Positions 46,566-55,310 of a stretch of 61,771 nt of DNA are shown here, piece after piece; within the stretch, counting starts at the first letter, position 1; every line of letters starts with the position of its first letter. The notes below the pieces were generated by a model that saw only the letters and a program-made list of their open reading frames with translations, searched no databases and was not told the DNA's origin. Source of the DNA: Ruminococcus sp. (GTDB taxonomy: Bacteria > Bacillota_I > Bacilli_A > RF39 > UBA660); contig JAMPHW010000002.1 of the NCBI GenBank assembly GCA_023663235.1, forward strand, positions 1 through 61,771, in the 5' to 3' direction. Position numbers and translations under genes: made by a program.

Positions 46566-47549
46566 ATGTTAGATAATTTAGGAGTTTTTAAAGATTATGA
46601 AGATAACTCATTAAAATCAGTTTTTCAAAAAGATAATAAAATTATAGAAATGACTTTACTTTTTAATAAAGAAAGCATGGATGTTGTATGTGTTCCTACT
46701 CATCATTTCTGTAATTTAGGATGTAAGATGTGTCATTTAACTAACAATAAATTAAATAAAGCTATGGTCCCTATTAATGCCGAAGACTTTATAGAAGCTT
46801 TAAAGAGAACTGTCTATCTTGATGGTGCAAAAAGGACAAATAAAAAGAAAATACTAATTTCGTTTATGGGTGTTGGAGAGCCTACTTTAAACTTAAAAAT
46901 GATAGAGGAAATTTTTAAACGTGAAAAGGAAATTAAATCTTTAGGATATGAAGACGTTGGATACGCAATTAGCACCATGATGCCCAATAGCCAAAGTGTT
47001 TGTAGATTAATAGAACTGGTTAATAAATATAACAAGCCTTTAAAACTACATTTTTCTTTACATACCCCTATTGATAATGAAAGAAAAAATTTAATACCAT
47101 CAACAAAAGTTGATGTGGAAGAAGCTTTAAACTTACTTTTGAATTATAGAAATAGTGTCAAAAACAATAGACAATTCACAAAAGAATATATTAAATTTCA
47201 TAGAACAGATATACCAATTGAGATTCATTACACATTAATTAGCGGAATTAACGATAGCGAAAAAGAATTAAATATTTTAATAGAATTACTTAAAAAATAT
47301 AAAATTCCCATTAAATTTATAAAGTTGAACCCTATAAACGATCTAAAAAGAAGTAATAACGAAAAATTATGGATTGATACATTACATAAAAGCATTCCTG
47401 ATTTAAGAGTCAAAACATACTGTCCACCTGGAAGAGAAATTGGAAGCTCTTGTGGTGAATTTACTAAACATTATTATCATGAGGAAATTGAAACAGATGA
47501 AGAAAGACAAGAATTCGAAAAATGGCGTAAATTGCATTTAGTTAAATAG
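46566..47549 (+). CDS. Radical SAM enzyme of the RlmN/Cfr methyl-synthase type, lacking the usual N-terminal domain
   Basis: CVPTHHFCNLGCKMC (upstream Cys plus CxxxCxxC), FMGVGEPTLN, LHFSLHTPIDNERKNLIP, IHYTLISGINDS, IKFIKLNP and C-terminal GREIGSSCGEF parallel the RlmN motifs. ATG 46566 with RBS AGGAGG. Confidence 0.7.
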   Translation: MLDNLGVFKDYEDNSLKSVFQKDNKIIEMTLLFNKESMDVVCVPTHHFCNLGCKMCHLTNNKLNKAMVPINAEDFIEALKRTVYLDGAKRTNKKKILISFMGVGEPTLNLKMIEEIFKREKEIKSLGYEDVGYAISTMMPNSQSVCRLIELVNKYNKPLKLHFSLHTPIDNERKNLIPSTKVDVEEALNLLLNYRNSVKNNRQFTKEYIKFHRTDIPIEIHYTLISGINDSEKELNILIELLKKYKIPIKFIKLNPINDLKRSNNEKLWIDTLHKSIPDLRVKTYCPPGREIGSSCGEFTKHYYHEEIETDEERQEFEKWRKLHLVK

Positions 47550-47638
47550 TTATCTCATAGAAAATAAAGACATCTAAGTAATAAAACTAGATATCTAATT
47601 AATTTATACCCATTATTATATAACCATTAATTTTAAGG

Positions 47639-47959
47639 TTATATTTTTTTAATTTTAACTGCTGTTCCATAAGCAATTACCTCTGCTGCCCCACTCATAA
47701 CAGATGAAGAACCATAACGAATATTAATTATCGCATCAGCTCCTAACGCATCAGCATCATCAACCATTCTTTTAGTTGCAATTTGTCTTGCGGTTGTAAG
47801 CATTTCTGTATAACCAGCTATTTCTCCTCCAACTATTGTTTTCATACCAGCCATAAAATCTCTTCCTATATTTTTAGATTGAACAATTGCACCCTTAGCA
47901 ATTCCTAATACTTCTGTTATTTCATAGCCTGGAATGTAATCAATATTTACTAGCTTCAT
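47639..47959 (-). CDS. YbjQ family (UPF0145) protein
   Basis: GYEITEVLGIAKGAIVQSKNIGRDFMAGMKTIVGGEI..Y..ML..AR..A..RM...A..LGADAIINIRY pattern. ATG 47959 with RBS GGAGGTG. Confidence 0.85.
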   Translation of the reverse strand: MKLVNIDYIPGYEITEVLGIAKGAIVQSKNIGRDFMAGMKTIVGGEIAGYTEMLTTARQIATKRMVDDADALGADAIINIRYGSSSVMSGAAEVIAYGTAVKIKKI

Positions 47960-48581
47960 CTTCTTCACCTCCTTTAATTTCTTTAATTCTTTTAGCTAAA
48001 TTAATAACGATTCCAAGTATCGGCATACCTAATATAAACATAACAAATAGATATAAAATAATAGGTATACTATCTTCTACAAAAAATGTACCATAAGTTA
48101 AAACACAAATCAAGAAGATAAATATAGAACTAAACATTAAACTAGATAATACAGCTCCCTCTATTTTTCTTTTATTCCTTTTTGAAATATCTTTCATACT
48201 AAATCCTTTCTTATTTAAAATATTCACTTCATTAAAATACTTAGTTACATCAATATTTTTATAAGTATCTTTATTATCAATTATCTCAATACACATATTT
48301 TTGATTTTTTCATAACTTTTTTCAATACTATTAATTTTATTAATTCGATCTTTCATACAATCTTCTAAAGTTATTTCTTCACTCTTAAGCTTTTTAATAT
48401 CATTAACAGGAACATTTAATTCTCTTAAAAATTTAATTAATTTAAGTGTTTTTAAATCATCATCACTAAACTCTCGATAAGTATTACTTTTTCTAATTGG
48501 TGTAAGTAACCCTTCTTCTTCATAATATCTAATACTCTTTTTTGTTAAACCTGTTTTACTCGCTACCTCTTGAATAGTCAT
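47940..48581 (-). CDS. MerR family transcriptional regulator with C-terminal transmembrane segments
   Basis: MTIQEVASKTGLTKKSIRYYEEEGLL HTH, a coiled coil, then two hydrophobic helices (LSSLMFSSIFIFLICVLTY, IILYLFVMFILGMPILGIVI). Confidence 0.85.
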   Translation of the reverse strand: MTIQEVASKTGLTKKSIRYYEEEGLLTPIRKSNTYREFSDDDLKTLKLIKFLRELNVPVNDIKKLKSEEITLEDCMKDRINKINSIEKSYEKIKNMCIEIIDNKDTYKNIDVTKYFNEVNILNKKGFSMKDISKRNKRKIEGAVLSSLMFSSIFIFLICVLTYGTFFVEDSIPIILYLFVMFILGMPILGIVINLAKRIKEIKGGEEDEASKY

Positions 48582-48603
48582 ATAATCTTCCTTTCACAAT
48601 TTA

Positions 48604-48634
48604 ATTATAAAGTATTACCTAAGGTTAAAGTCAA
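48604..48634 (-). promoter_or_regulatory. MerR-type promoter with a 19-nt spacer containing a dyad
   Basis: Minus strand TTGACT (48629-48634), the 19 nt spacer TTAACCTTAGGTAATACTT, then TATAAT (48604-48609). The spacer holds the inverted repeat ACCT-T-AGGT. Confidence 0.6.
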
Positions 48635-48635
48635 G

Positions 48636-48657
48636 AAAAAAATCACTAAAAGTGATT
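48636..48657 (-). terminator. Rho-independent terminator after DUF6273-like paralogue 2
   Basis: Minus strand AATCACT-TTT-AGTGATT followed by TTTTTT. Confidence 0.7.
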
Positions 48658-48664
48658 TTTTAAA

Positions 48665-50083
48665 CTAAACTACAACTTTATATGGGTTAGAAATAGTTCC
48701 ATCACCTATAAAAGTAGTGTCTGAACGTAAATTTATAACAGGTCTTACTCCACGAGCATTGGATGCGTTAGCATAACTAAGACAACCTCTACCTCCTACA
48801 CGAAGCATAGCTGCTGTTTTATTTACTAAATAGAATGGCGACATAGTCCAATAGGTATTGGTTGTATATAAATAATTATCTTTAGTAGCTATCGTATCAC
48901 CTGAACCGTAATTATTTTCTATTTCATCATTAGGAATATATACCATACCAGCATAAATGACTTCATCTGCCGTTATTAGTCCCACTGGATTCTTTAGCTT
49001 TTTATTACCTCTGATAGAACTTGTATGCGTAAATAAGTCATTATCATTTTCACATATATAAGTTGGACTAGCATTCCTAGTTGATGACATATATAATCTT
49101 GTATATGGCCCATAATAAGTAGTTGTATTACTAATTCCACCACTTCCGTTTATTGTACTGCCACTAGTACTGGATTGTCTATCATTACAAAAACCACTAT
49201 TTAATTCAATCTTATCATAATAGACGCTTCCTTCTTTGATATTAGAATTTTCAAACCAATTATCTAAAGTCTTTTTTATTATACTATCATTTAAATTGCT
49301 ATGAGTAGCATCATAAGTACTAGAATTAGGCATTCCATACATATATCCTACATAAGTATTATCATTTTGAGGATTATTAAAACTAGAAGATAGGACTTGA
49401 GTACCTATTCCTTTTTCATTGGGTTCTGTTCCTTGATAGATTAATCTTATACTTCCATCTCCATTAATTCTGATTATTCGCCAATAATATCCTCCAAATT
49501 CGACCCAGTTGTCTATAGGATTTCCTGCAAAATAATAGCTTATTGTATCATCTACGTCTATGGCACTATAAATAACTTTTTTGGTCGTTTCACTTAATGT
49601 CTTATTAAAAGTTCCAGCTTCTCTTACTCTTTTATCTGTATAATAAGTTTCTAATAAATTACTCATCGTAACAGCATTACTACTATCAATTTTATCAAAA
49701 TATAAAAAGCATTTTTCACCTTTAGATACACCTTTAAAGATATGTAGTCCTGCAAAAGTTCTTAAAATTACATTATTATCTTTATCTTCCTTTTTACAGT
49801 TGCTTCCTTTACAGCAAAAACTATTAGTTTCGTTAATTGAATATCCTGATATGGGTATTGGCGTATCTTTAGGTTGTTCGACATTATCAAGATATAAAGC
49901 CACTACATTAACATCATAGGGACTTGATATTACTTTACCCTCTGTTAAAGGAATAGATGCTGTCATACGATAATTAGCTTTTGATGTTATAAAAGTAACT
50001 GTAATAGTAAGTACTACTACCATTATTAAGCCACACAAAAAATACTTTTTGCTATTCTTATTTCTCAATTTTTCTATTTTCAT
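48665..50083 (-). CDS. Exported/membrane-anchored DUF6273-like protein (paralogue 2)
   Basis: 472 aa from ATG 50083 (RBS AAAGGAG). N-terminal TM followed by YYFAGNPIDNWVEFGGYYWRIIRINGDGSIRLIYQG, LDNWF, GLITADEVIYAG, YWTMSP and GVRPVINL..GDGTISNPYKV, which matches the WRVL / W.N.F / LLS..E / WWLRSP / gvRP pattern of DUF6273 as I remember it. Confidence 0.75.
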   Translation of the reverse strand: MKIEKLRNKNSKKYFLCGLIMVVVLTITVTFITSKANYRMTASIPLTEGKVISSPYDVNVVALYLDNVEQPKDTPIPISGYSINETNSFCCKGSNCKKEDKDNNVILRTFAGLHIFKGVSKGEKCFLYFDKIDSSNAVTMSNLLETYYTDKRVREAGTFNKTLSETTKKVIYSAIDVDDTISYYFAGNPIDNWVEFGGYYWRIIRINGDGSIRLIYQGTEPNEKGIGTQVLSSSFNNPQNDNTYVGYMYGMPNSSTYDATHSNLNDSIIKKTLDNWFENSNIKEGSVYYDKIELNSGFCNDRQSSTSGSTINGSGGISNTTTYYGPYTRLYMSSTRNASPTYICENDNDLFTHTSSIRGNKKLKNPVGLITADEVIYAGMVYIPNDEIENNYGSGDTIATKDNYLYTTNTYWTMSPFYLVNKTAAMLRVGGRGCLSYANASNARGVRPVINLRSDTTFIGDGTISNPYKVVV

Positions 50084-50243
50084 ATTTGCTCCTTTAATAA
50101 GCAAATCCGGATTATTTTAGAAATTTCTAGCTTATACATTTATTATATTCTTGAATATTATATTTGTCAAGAAAATTGTTCTTATTTATTCGAACAATTA
50201 TAAACTATTTAAATACTATGAGAAGATTTTATTAGGTGATATT

Positions 50244-50699
50244 ATGAACTTCGGAGATAAATTAAAGATTTTACGTGAAAGGAATGGATTTACATTAATA
50301 GAAATCGCAAATATTTTAAATATAAGTGATAGCCTATACTCTCGTTATGAAAAAGAAATTCAGTTAATACCTACTAAACATTTAAATACACTATGCAATT
50401 ATTTTAATGTTTCTTTTGATTATATTTTCAATTTTAATAGTATTAAGCAATATAACGAAATTAAAAAAGACATTAACAAAACCTTATCTGGTCAAAGGCT
50501 AAAAGAATTTAGAAAGGAAAATAGTCTAACTCAAGAAAAACTAGCTAAAAACTTAAATACTGTTCATTCTGTTATTGTTAAGATTGAAAATGGCGGAAAT
50601 CTAATTGCATTACCTTTTCTCTATGATATTTGCAAAAAATATCATATATCAGCCGATTATCTTTTAGGCAAAGTAGATTATCCTAAATACTTGAAATAA
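50244..50699 (+). CDS. XRE-family regulator with two tandem HTH_3 domains
   Basis: FGDKLKILRERNGFTLIEIANILNIS.. and LSGQRLKEFRKENSLTQEKLAKNLNT... ATG 50244 (RBS TAGGTGA) is preferred over the ORF-track start. Confidence 0.85.
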   Translation: MNFGDKLKILRERNGFTLIEIANILNISDSLYSRYEKEIQLIPTKHLNTLCNYFNVSFDYIFNFNSIKQYNEIKKDINKTLSGQRLKEFRKENSLTQEKLAKNLNTVHSVIVKIENGGNLIALPFLYDICKKYHISADYLLGKVDYPKYLK

Positions 50700-50798
50700 A
50701 TAATATATTATGATAATATGTATATAGGTGAAGAAAACTTCATACAATAAAAGAGACATATAACTTTGTCCGTTAAATGCCTCTAAAAATGTAGAATT

Positions 50799-50845
50799 GC
50801 ACTTAGTGCTTCAAATTAATGAAGTGTTAAGTGCACTTTTTATTT
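50799..50845 (+). terminator. Rho-independent terminator (plus strand)
   Basis: GCACTTAGTGCTTC-AAATTAAT-GAAGTGTTAAGTGC (14 bp, of which three are G.U pairs valid only on the plus strand) followed by ACTTTTTATTT. Confidence 0.65.
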
Positions 50846-51041
50846 GCCCTGATTTTTGGGTGTGTTGTCTTGTTTTATTACTAAAATAAGTACTACTAGA
50901 CACTTAACAGCTATATTTCTCCTATTAATATTTTATCATTTATTTTCTATTATGTAAAGAAAACAACCTTTTCAGAAGAGCCTTCAATCTCAGTATTTAT
51001 AAGGCTTTAAAAAGTTTCACTAAACTTTCACAAAAGAAATT

Positions 51042-51064
51042 AAAAAAGTGTTATTCCTAACACT
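51042..51064 (-). terminator. Rho-independent terminator after efp
   Basis: Minus strand AGTGTTA-GGAA-TAACACT followed by TTTTTT. Confidence 0.7.
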
Positions 51065-51075
51065 ATTATTTCAAC

Positions 51076-51636
51076 TTAAGCACGAGATGAATATTTACCA
51101 TCTTTAGTAGATATAATTATTTTTTCTCCTTCGCTTATAAATAAAGGCACTTTTACAGTATATCCAGTTTCTATTTTAGCATCTTTTTGAGCATTATTAG
51201 TTGTATTTCCTCTTACTGCAGGTTCCGTTTCTATAACTTCATATTCTACTTTTTCTGGTAAGTTAATACCTAATATTTCTCCTTCAAAATACTCAACAGT
51301 TATATCAAGGCCCTCTTTAATAAAGTTTACTTGATCGCCTAAAACTTTAGTAGATATTTCTACTTGCTCATATGTTTCATTATTCATAAAAACATACATA
51401 TCTCCTGCTGCATATAAATATTGCATTGGTGTTCTATCAACATGAGCTTTAGTTATTTTAATATTTGTATTATAAGTATCCTCAGTTATAGATCCTGTTC
51501 TTAAATTTTTTAATTTCATTCTAACAAAAGCAGAACCTTTTCCAGGTTTAACATGTTGAAACTCAACAATTTGATATAAATTATTATCTAAAATAATAGT
51601 CATACCATTTTTAATATCATTAATATTTATATTCAT
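51076..51636 (-). CDS. efp: Elongation factor P
   Basis: 186 aa with MNININDIKNGMTI..QHVKPGKGSAFVRMKLKNLRTG (the conserved KPGKG loop). Confidence 0.96.
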   Translation of the reverse strand: MNININDIKNGMTIILDNNLYQIVEFQHVKPGKGSAFVRMKLKNLRTGSITEDTYNTNIKITKAHVDRTPMQYLYAAGDMYVFMNNETYEQVEISTKVLGDQVNFIKEGLDITVEYFEGEILGINLPEKVEYEVIETEPAVRGNTTNNAQKDAKIETGYTVKVPLFISEGEKIIISTKDGKYSSRA

Positions 51637-51638
51637 AC

Positions 51639-51866
51639 CTATTCTCCTTTATTTTCTGTAGGTTTTTTATTGCATTTAAGTATTTTTCTAGCTGGATTTA
51701 ATACTCTACTTCTTCCTTTAGGATTAGTTCTAAACCTAGGAGTAGTATCTTTTACAATGGTTCCAAAATCAGTTTTGATTGGAGTTTCCATTTTCTTTAC
51801 TCCTAAAGCCGCAAAAACTGGACCCACAAAATTTGTTCTTACTAATTTAAATGATTTTCTCTTCAT
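51639..51866 (-). CDS. Hypothetical small basic protein packed between rpmG and efp
   Basis: 75 aa, rich in K/R/P. RBS AAGGAA 8 nt upstream. The stop is 2 nt before the efp start and contains the efp RBS. The antisense frame is also open, so coding is not certain. Confidence 0.45.
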   Translation of the reverse strand: MKRKSFKLVRTNFVGPVFAALGVKKMETPIKTDFGTIVKDTTPRFRTNPKGRSRVLNPARKILKCNKKPTENKGE

Positions 51867-51881
51867 GTCTTAAATTCCTTA

Positions 51882-52046
51882 CTATTTCTTTTCTTTTACT
51901 GTTTGATGTTTGTGACAGTTTTTACAATACTTCTTAACTTCTAAGCGGTCAGGAGTATTCTTTTTATTCTTACTAGTACATCTTAGTTCTTCACCACATA
52001 CAGTACATTTTAAAGTTACATAATTTCTATTTTCATTTTTAGCCAT
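51882..52046 (-). CDS. rpmG: 50S ribosomal protein L33
   Basis: Below the ORF-track cutoff. Hand translation gives [54 protein letters not shown]. It has the CxxC..CxxC zinc ribbon and the KN..N.P.RLE.KKYC pattern. RBS AAAGGAGGTG. Confidence 0.9.
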   Translation of the reverse strand: MAKNENRNYVTLKCTVCGEELRCTSKNKKNTPDRLEVKKYCKNCHKHQTVKEKK

Positions 52047-52095
52047 AAAAGCACCTCCTTTGTAAAAAGACTATTAATATTATAACATTTAATTA

Positions 52096-54039
52096 TTAAC
52101 TTGAAAAGAGGAAATCGTTAATATTTCTTGCTATTACTCTATTTACTCCACTTATATAAGAACTTTTTCCATTTAAATTGCTTATATTAGGACTTATTAC
52201 GACCATTGAATACTTAGGATTATCAAATGGTGCATACATCCAAAATGTATTACTAATAACATATGCATCAAGTGTGCCATCATAATCACTATCTATATAT
52301 GTTTCACTTGTACCAGTTTTTCCGGCGCCTTTAACATTTTCTTTAGCATAATAATATCCCGTTCCTGTCTTCATTACTTCTCGAAGCCCATCTTTAATTC
52401 TATTTAAATATTTTTCTTCTAAATTAACCTTGTTTAACTCTTTAACTTCATTTTCTATAATAATATCTTCTTTATCTTTAATACTATGCATTAAATTAAG
52501 TTTTAATCTAGTACCATTATTAGCGATGGTATTAGCATATTGAAGTAAACTTACTGGTGTATATAAATCATATTGTCCTATAGCTAAATTCATTAATAAA
52601 TCTGGAGCTATTTTATCTCCTACAAGCCCAATAGACTCTTTTGGTAAATCAATTTCTGTTTTAGCACCTAAGCCAAAACTTTTAAAAACATCACGATATT
52701 TATTAAAATCTTCAAGCGTAACTGGTGCTTCCATATCATAAGTATAATCATACCCAGCCACTTTTAAAGCTGTAATAAATTGATAATAATTAGAACTTAA
52801 AGATAAAGCTTTAATATCATTTATTCTACCTAACTTTTTCCATGAACACTTAGCAGGAATATTAGAGAGTTTAACACAACTATCAGTCATAGTTGTATTT
52901 ATATCAATCGCCTTATTTAAATAGCCTACAGTCATTGAAGCCGCTTTTACTACACTTCCCATTGTATAAGCATTTTTAATAACATTTATGCTCACATCCT
53001 GAAATGTATTATCCTTAATTAATCTAATTCCCGCAATAGCCTTTACTGCTCCTGTACTAGGCTCACTAATTAAAGCATAGCTTTCTTTATAATATTCTGT
53101 ATTAGGTTCCTTTTTCGCTTTAATTATACTTGTTTTTATAATTTCTTCTACTTTTAATTGTATGTCAATATCTATTTCTAAAACTAAGTCCTTACCTCTT
53201 TTAGCTTCACTCACCATTACTAAATCATTATTTTCAAGTTTATAAACTGCCTTCTCACCTTTTAAATATTCTTCATAATATTCTTCTAAACCACTTATAC
53301 CCACTTTATCTAAGTAACTATAACCATCATTTAATAAATAACTCTTTTCTTCTGGTAAAGAATTACTAATTGTTCCTAAAATAGATTTTAATGTATCACC
53401 ATAAACATAGTTCCTTGACCAATCCATTTCACCAAAAACACCTCTTAAATCACTTTCTATAATACTAGCGTATAAATTATCATCTATATCTTTTAATAAA
53501 ACTTTATTGTCATAAATATAACCATCATTCATTAAATAATAAAAATAAGAGCTATATTTTTCTAAATCATTTAATTCATCTAACATTACATCAGTTATCC
53601 GCTCTAACTTTAAATTATGAAGTTCATCTTTAGTTATTTTACGTTCATTATAAAGTCTTTTTTCTTCCTCTGTAATTAAGTTATTATCATCCCGAGTTAT
53701 TAAATAATATTCTTTTAATAAGTCTTTATTATAATTATAAGCATAATTAGTAAGTTCTACTAAAGATTTAGCTATCTCAATCTCTTCTTTTGCTGTTATA
53801 TTATTAGGTTTATGATAAACAATTTTATTAACTCCAATATTATCTACAATAACTTTACCATTTATATCCAAAATTCTTCCTCTTGGCGCTGAACTTCCCA
53901 AAATATATACTTCATTTATTTTTTTATATTCTTCTAAATAATAATCATGGTGACTATAAGCAAGATCAACTATTCTAATTAAAAATATACTAAAGACTAA
54001 AAATAACATTAAAACTATTTTATAAAACTTTTTAGTCAT
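52096..54039 (-). CDS. Penicillin-binding protein 2-type transpeptidase (class B PBP)
   Basis: N-terminal TM, a dimerisation domain, and a transpeptidase domain with SVVK (SxxK), SSN and KTGTSE motifs. Confidence 0.9.
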   Translation of the reverse strand: MTKKFYKIVLMLFLVFSIFLIRIVDLAYSHHDYYLEEYKKINEVYILGSSAPRGRILDINGKVIVDNIGVNKIVYHKPNNITAKEEIEIAKSLVELTNYAYNYNKDLLKEYYLITRDDNNLITEEEKRLYNERKITKDELHNLKLERITDVMLDELNDLEKYSSYFYYLMNDGYIYDNKVLLKDIDDNLYASIIESDLRGVFGEMDWSRNYVYGDTLKSILGTISNSLPEEKSYLLNDGYSYLDKVGISGLEEYYEEYLKGEKAVYKLENNDLVMVSEAKRGKDLVLEIDIDIQLKVEEIIKTSIIKAKKEPNTEYYKESYALISEPSTGAVKAIAGIRLIKDNTFQDVSINVIKNAYTMGSVVKAASMTVGYLNKAIDINTTMTDSCVKLSNIPAKCSWKKLGRINDIKALSLSSNYYQFITALKVAGYDYTYDMEAPVTLEDFNKYRDVFKSFGLGAKTEIDLPKESIGLVGDKIAPDLLMNLAIGQYDLYTPVSLLQYANTIANNGTRLKLNLMHSIKDKEDIIIENEVKELNKVNLEEKYLNRIKDGLREVMKTGTGYYYAKENVKGAGKTGTSETYIDSDYDGTLDAYVISNTFWMYAPFDNPKYSMVVISPNISNLNGKSSYISGVNRVIARNINDFLFSS

Positions 54040-54102
54040 ATTACCACCTTTTATTAGTATTCAAAATTATCCTTAATTCATACAATATAATAGGTGTTGT
54101 GT

Positions 54103-54363
54103 ATGTATAATTTAATTAAAAGATATATGGCTAATTTAACTAAAGACGATATTAATAACTTTGCTACTAGTAAAAATGTAGTTTTAAATACCGAAGAATT
54201 AGACTTTATATTTGAATTTGTAAAAAAGAATTGGGAACAAGTTTTAAATAATCCTAAATTACTCAATTTAGATCGTTACAAAAATCGTTTTAATGAAGAA
54301 AATTTTATAAAAATTAAAAAGTTATTTAATGAATATAGTGCCAAATATCAAAATTTCTTATAA
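54103..54363 (+). CDS. DUF2624 (YqfT-like) protein
   Basis: 86 aa with LTKDDINNFATSKNVVLNTEELDFIFEFVKKNW. Convergent neighbour of nfo as yqfT is in B. subtilis. ATG 54103 preferred. Confidence 0.55.
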   Translation: MYNLIKRYMANLTKDDINNFATSKNVVLNTEELDFIFEFVKKNWEQVLNNPKLLNLDRYKNRFNEENFIKIKKLFNEYSAKYQNFL

Positions 54364-54366
54364 AAC

Positions 54367-54390
54367 AAAAAAACGTGATAACACGTTTTT
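54367..54390. terminator. Bidirectional terminator between convergent genes
   Basis: AAAAAACGTG-ATAA-CACGTTTTTT, with A/T runs on both sides. Confidence 0.7.
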
Positions 54391-55292
54391 TATTTATAAT
54401 AATTTCTTATATCTTCCATTAAATTAGTATTAAATTCTTTTTCCTTTATCATCGCAATTTCCATTTTATATGGAGGATATAATCTTTCTTTATCATCATC
54501 ACTATTACCTATATAGGGAGTCTCTAAAATTTTAGGAATGTCTTTTAAAGCTTCACAATTAATAATATTAAGAAGATTATTAAAGCCAATAGTTCCAAAA
54601 CCAATATTAGCATGTCTATCTTTATGAGAATTAAAAGGATTTTTACTATCATTTATATGAATACATCTAATATAATTAAGGCCAACTATTTTATCAAATT
54701 CTTCTAAGAATTCACTAAAATTAGCCATATCATATCCCGCATCATTTAAATGACATGTATCTAGACAAACCCCTATCTTTTCTTTTAAATCTACTCCATC
54801 AATAATATATTTGATCTCGCCTAAATCTCTTCCAAGTTCTGTACCTTTACCTGCCATTGTCTCTAATAAAATCATTGTTTCTGTATCGCTATTTATTACT
54901 TTATTTAAAGCAAAAACAATGTTATCTAAAGCTTCATTTACAGGTATTCCAACACTAGAACCTGGATGTAATACTAAATACTTAATACCTAATTCTTTAC
55001 ATCTTTCAAGTTCCTTTTTTAAAAAATTAATACTAAAATCATATTTCGTAGGATCATTATTAGCTAAATTGATAATATAAGGAGCATGACATATGACATT
55101 ATTAATATCTATATCATTTTCTTGCATTAAAGTTCGTGCCTCTTCTAATAAACTTTTATCTATATTCTTTCTAATCGTATTTTGGGGAGCTCCTGTATAA
55201 AACATGAATGTATTTGCTCCATAACTTAAAGCTTCTTTAACACTCCCAAGTAATTGTTCTTTCCCAAAAGAAACATGAGAACCAATAATCAT
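54390..55292 (-). CDS. nfo: Deoxyribonuclease IV (endonuclease IV)
   Basis: Starts MIIGSHVSF with the conserved HAPYIINLA, LVLHPGS, LETMAGKG, VCLDTCH and HINDS motifs. Confidence 0.95.
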   Translation of the reverse strand: MIIGSHVSFGKEQLLGSVKEALSYGANTFMFYTGAPQNTIRKNIDKSLLEEARTLMQENDIDINNVICHAPYIINLANNDPTKYDFSINFLKKELERCKELGIKYLVLHPGSSVGIPVNEALDNIVFALNKVINSDTETMILLETMAGKGTELGRDLGEIKYIIDGVDLKEKIGVCLDTCHLNDAGYDMANFSEFLEEFDKIVGLNYIRCIHINDSKNPFNSHKDRHANIGFGTIGFNNLLNIINCEALKDIPKILETPYIGNSDDDKERLYPPYKMEIAMIKEKEFNTNLMEDIRNYYK

Positions 55293-55310
55293 AATAACCT
55301 ACTTTCTATT

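Noticed and set aside
50994-51008. Exact 15-nt match (TATTTATAAGGCTTT) to module B (32421-32435) in the unexplained ~200-nt spacer between the XRE terminator and the efp terminator
   Set aside because: By a rough composition-based estimate, dozens of 15-nt exact matches are expected by chance in 62 kb of this AT-rich DNA. The flanks do not align collinearly.
51670-51873. 67-aa plus-strand ORF antisense to the 75-aa basic ORF
   Set aside because: It has no RBS and points against the rpmG-efp transcription unit. The minus-strand frame has an RBS and tight coupling to efp. Coding status of either frame remains unproven.
54078-54266. 62-aa minus-strand ORF antisense to the DUF2624 gene
   Set aside because: Low-complexity product with no RBS. 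The plus-strand gene has a family-like sequence and a shared bidirectional terminator with nfo.
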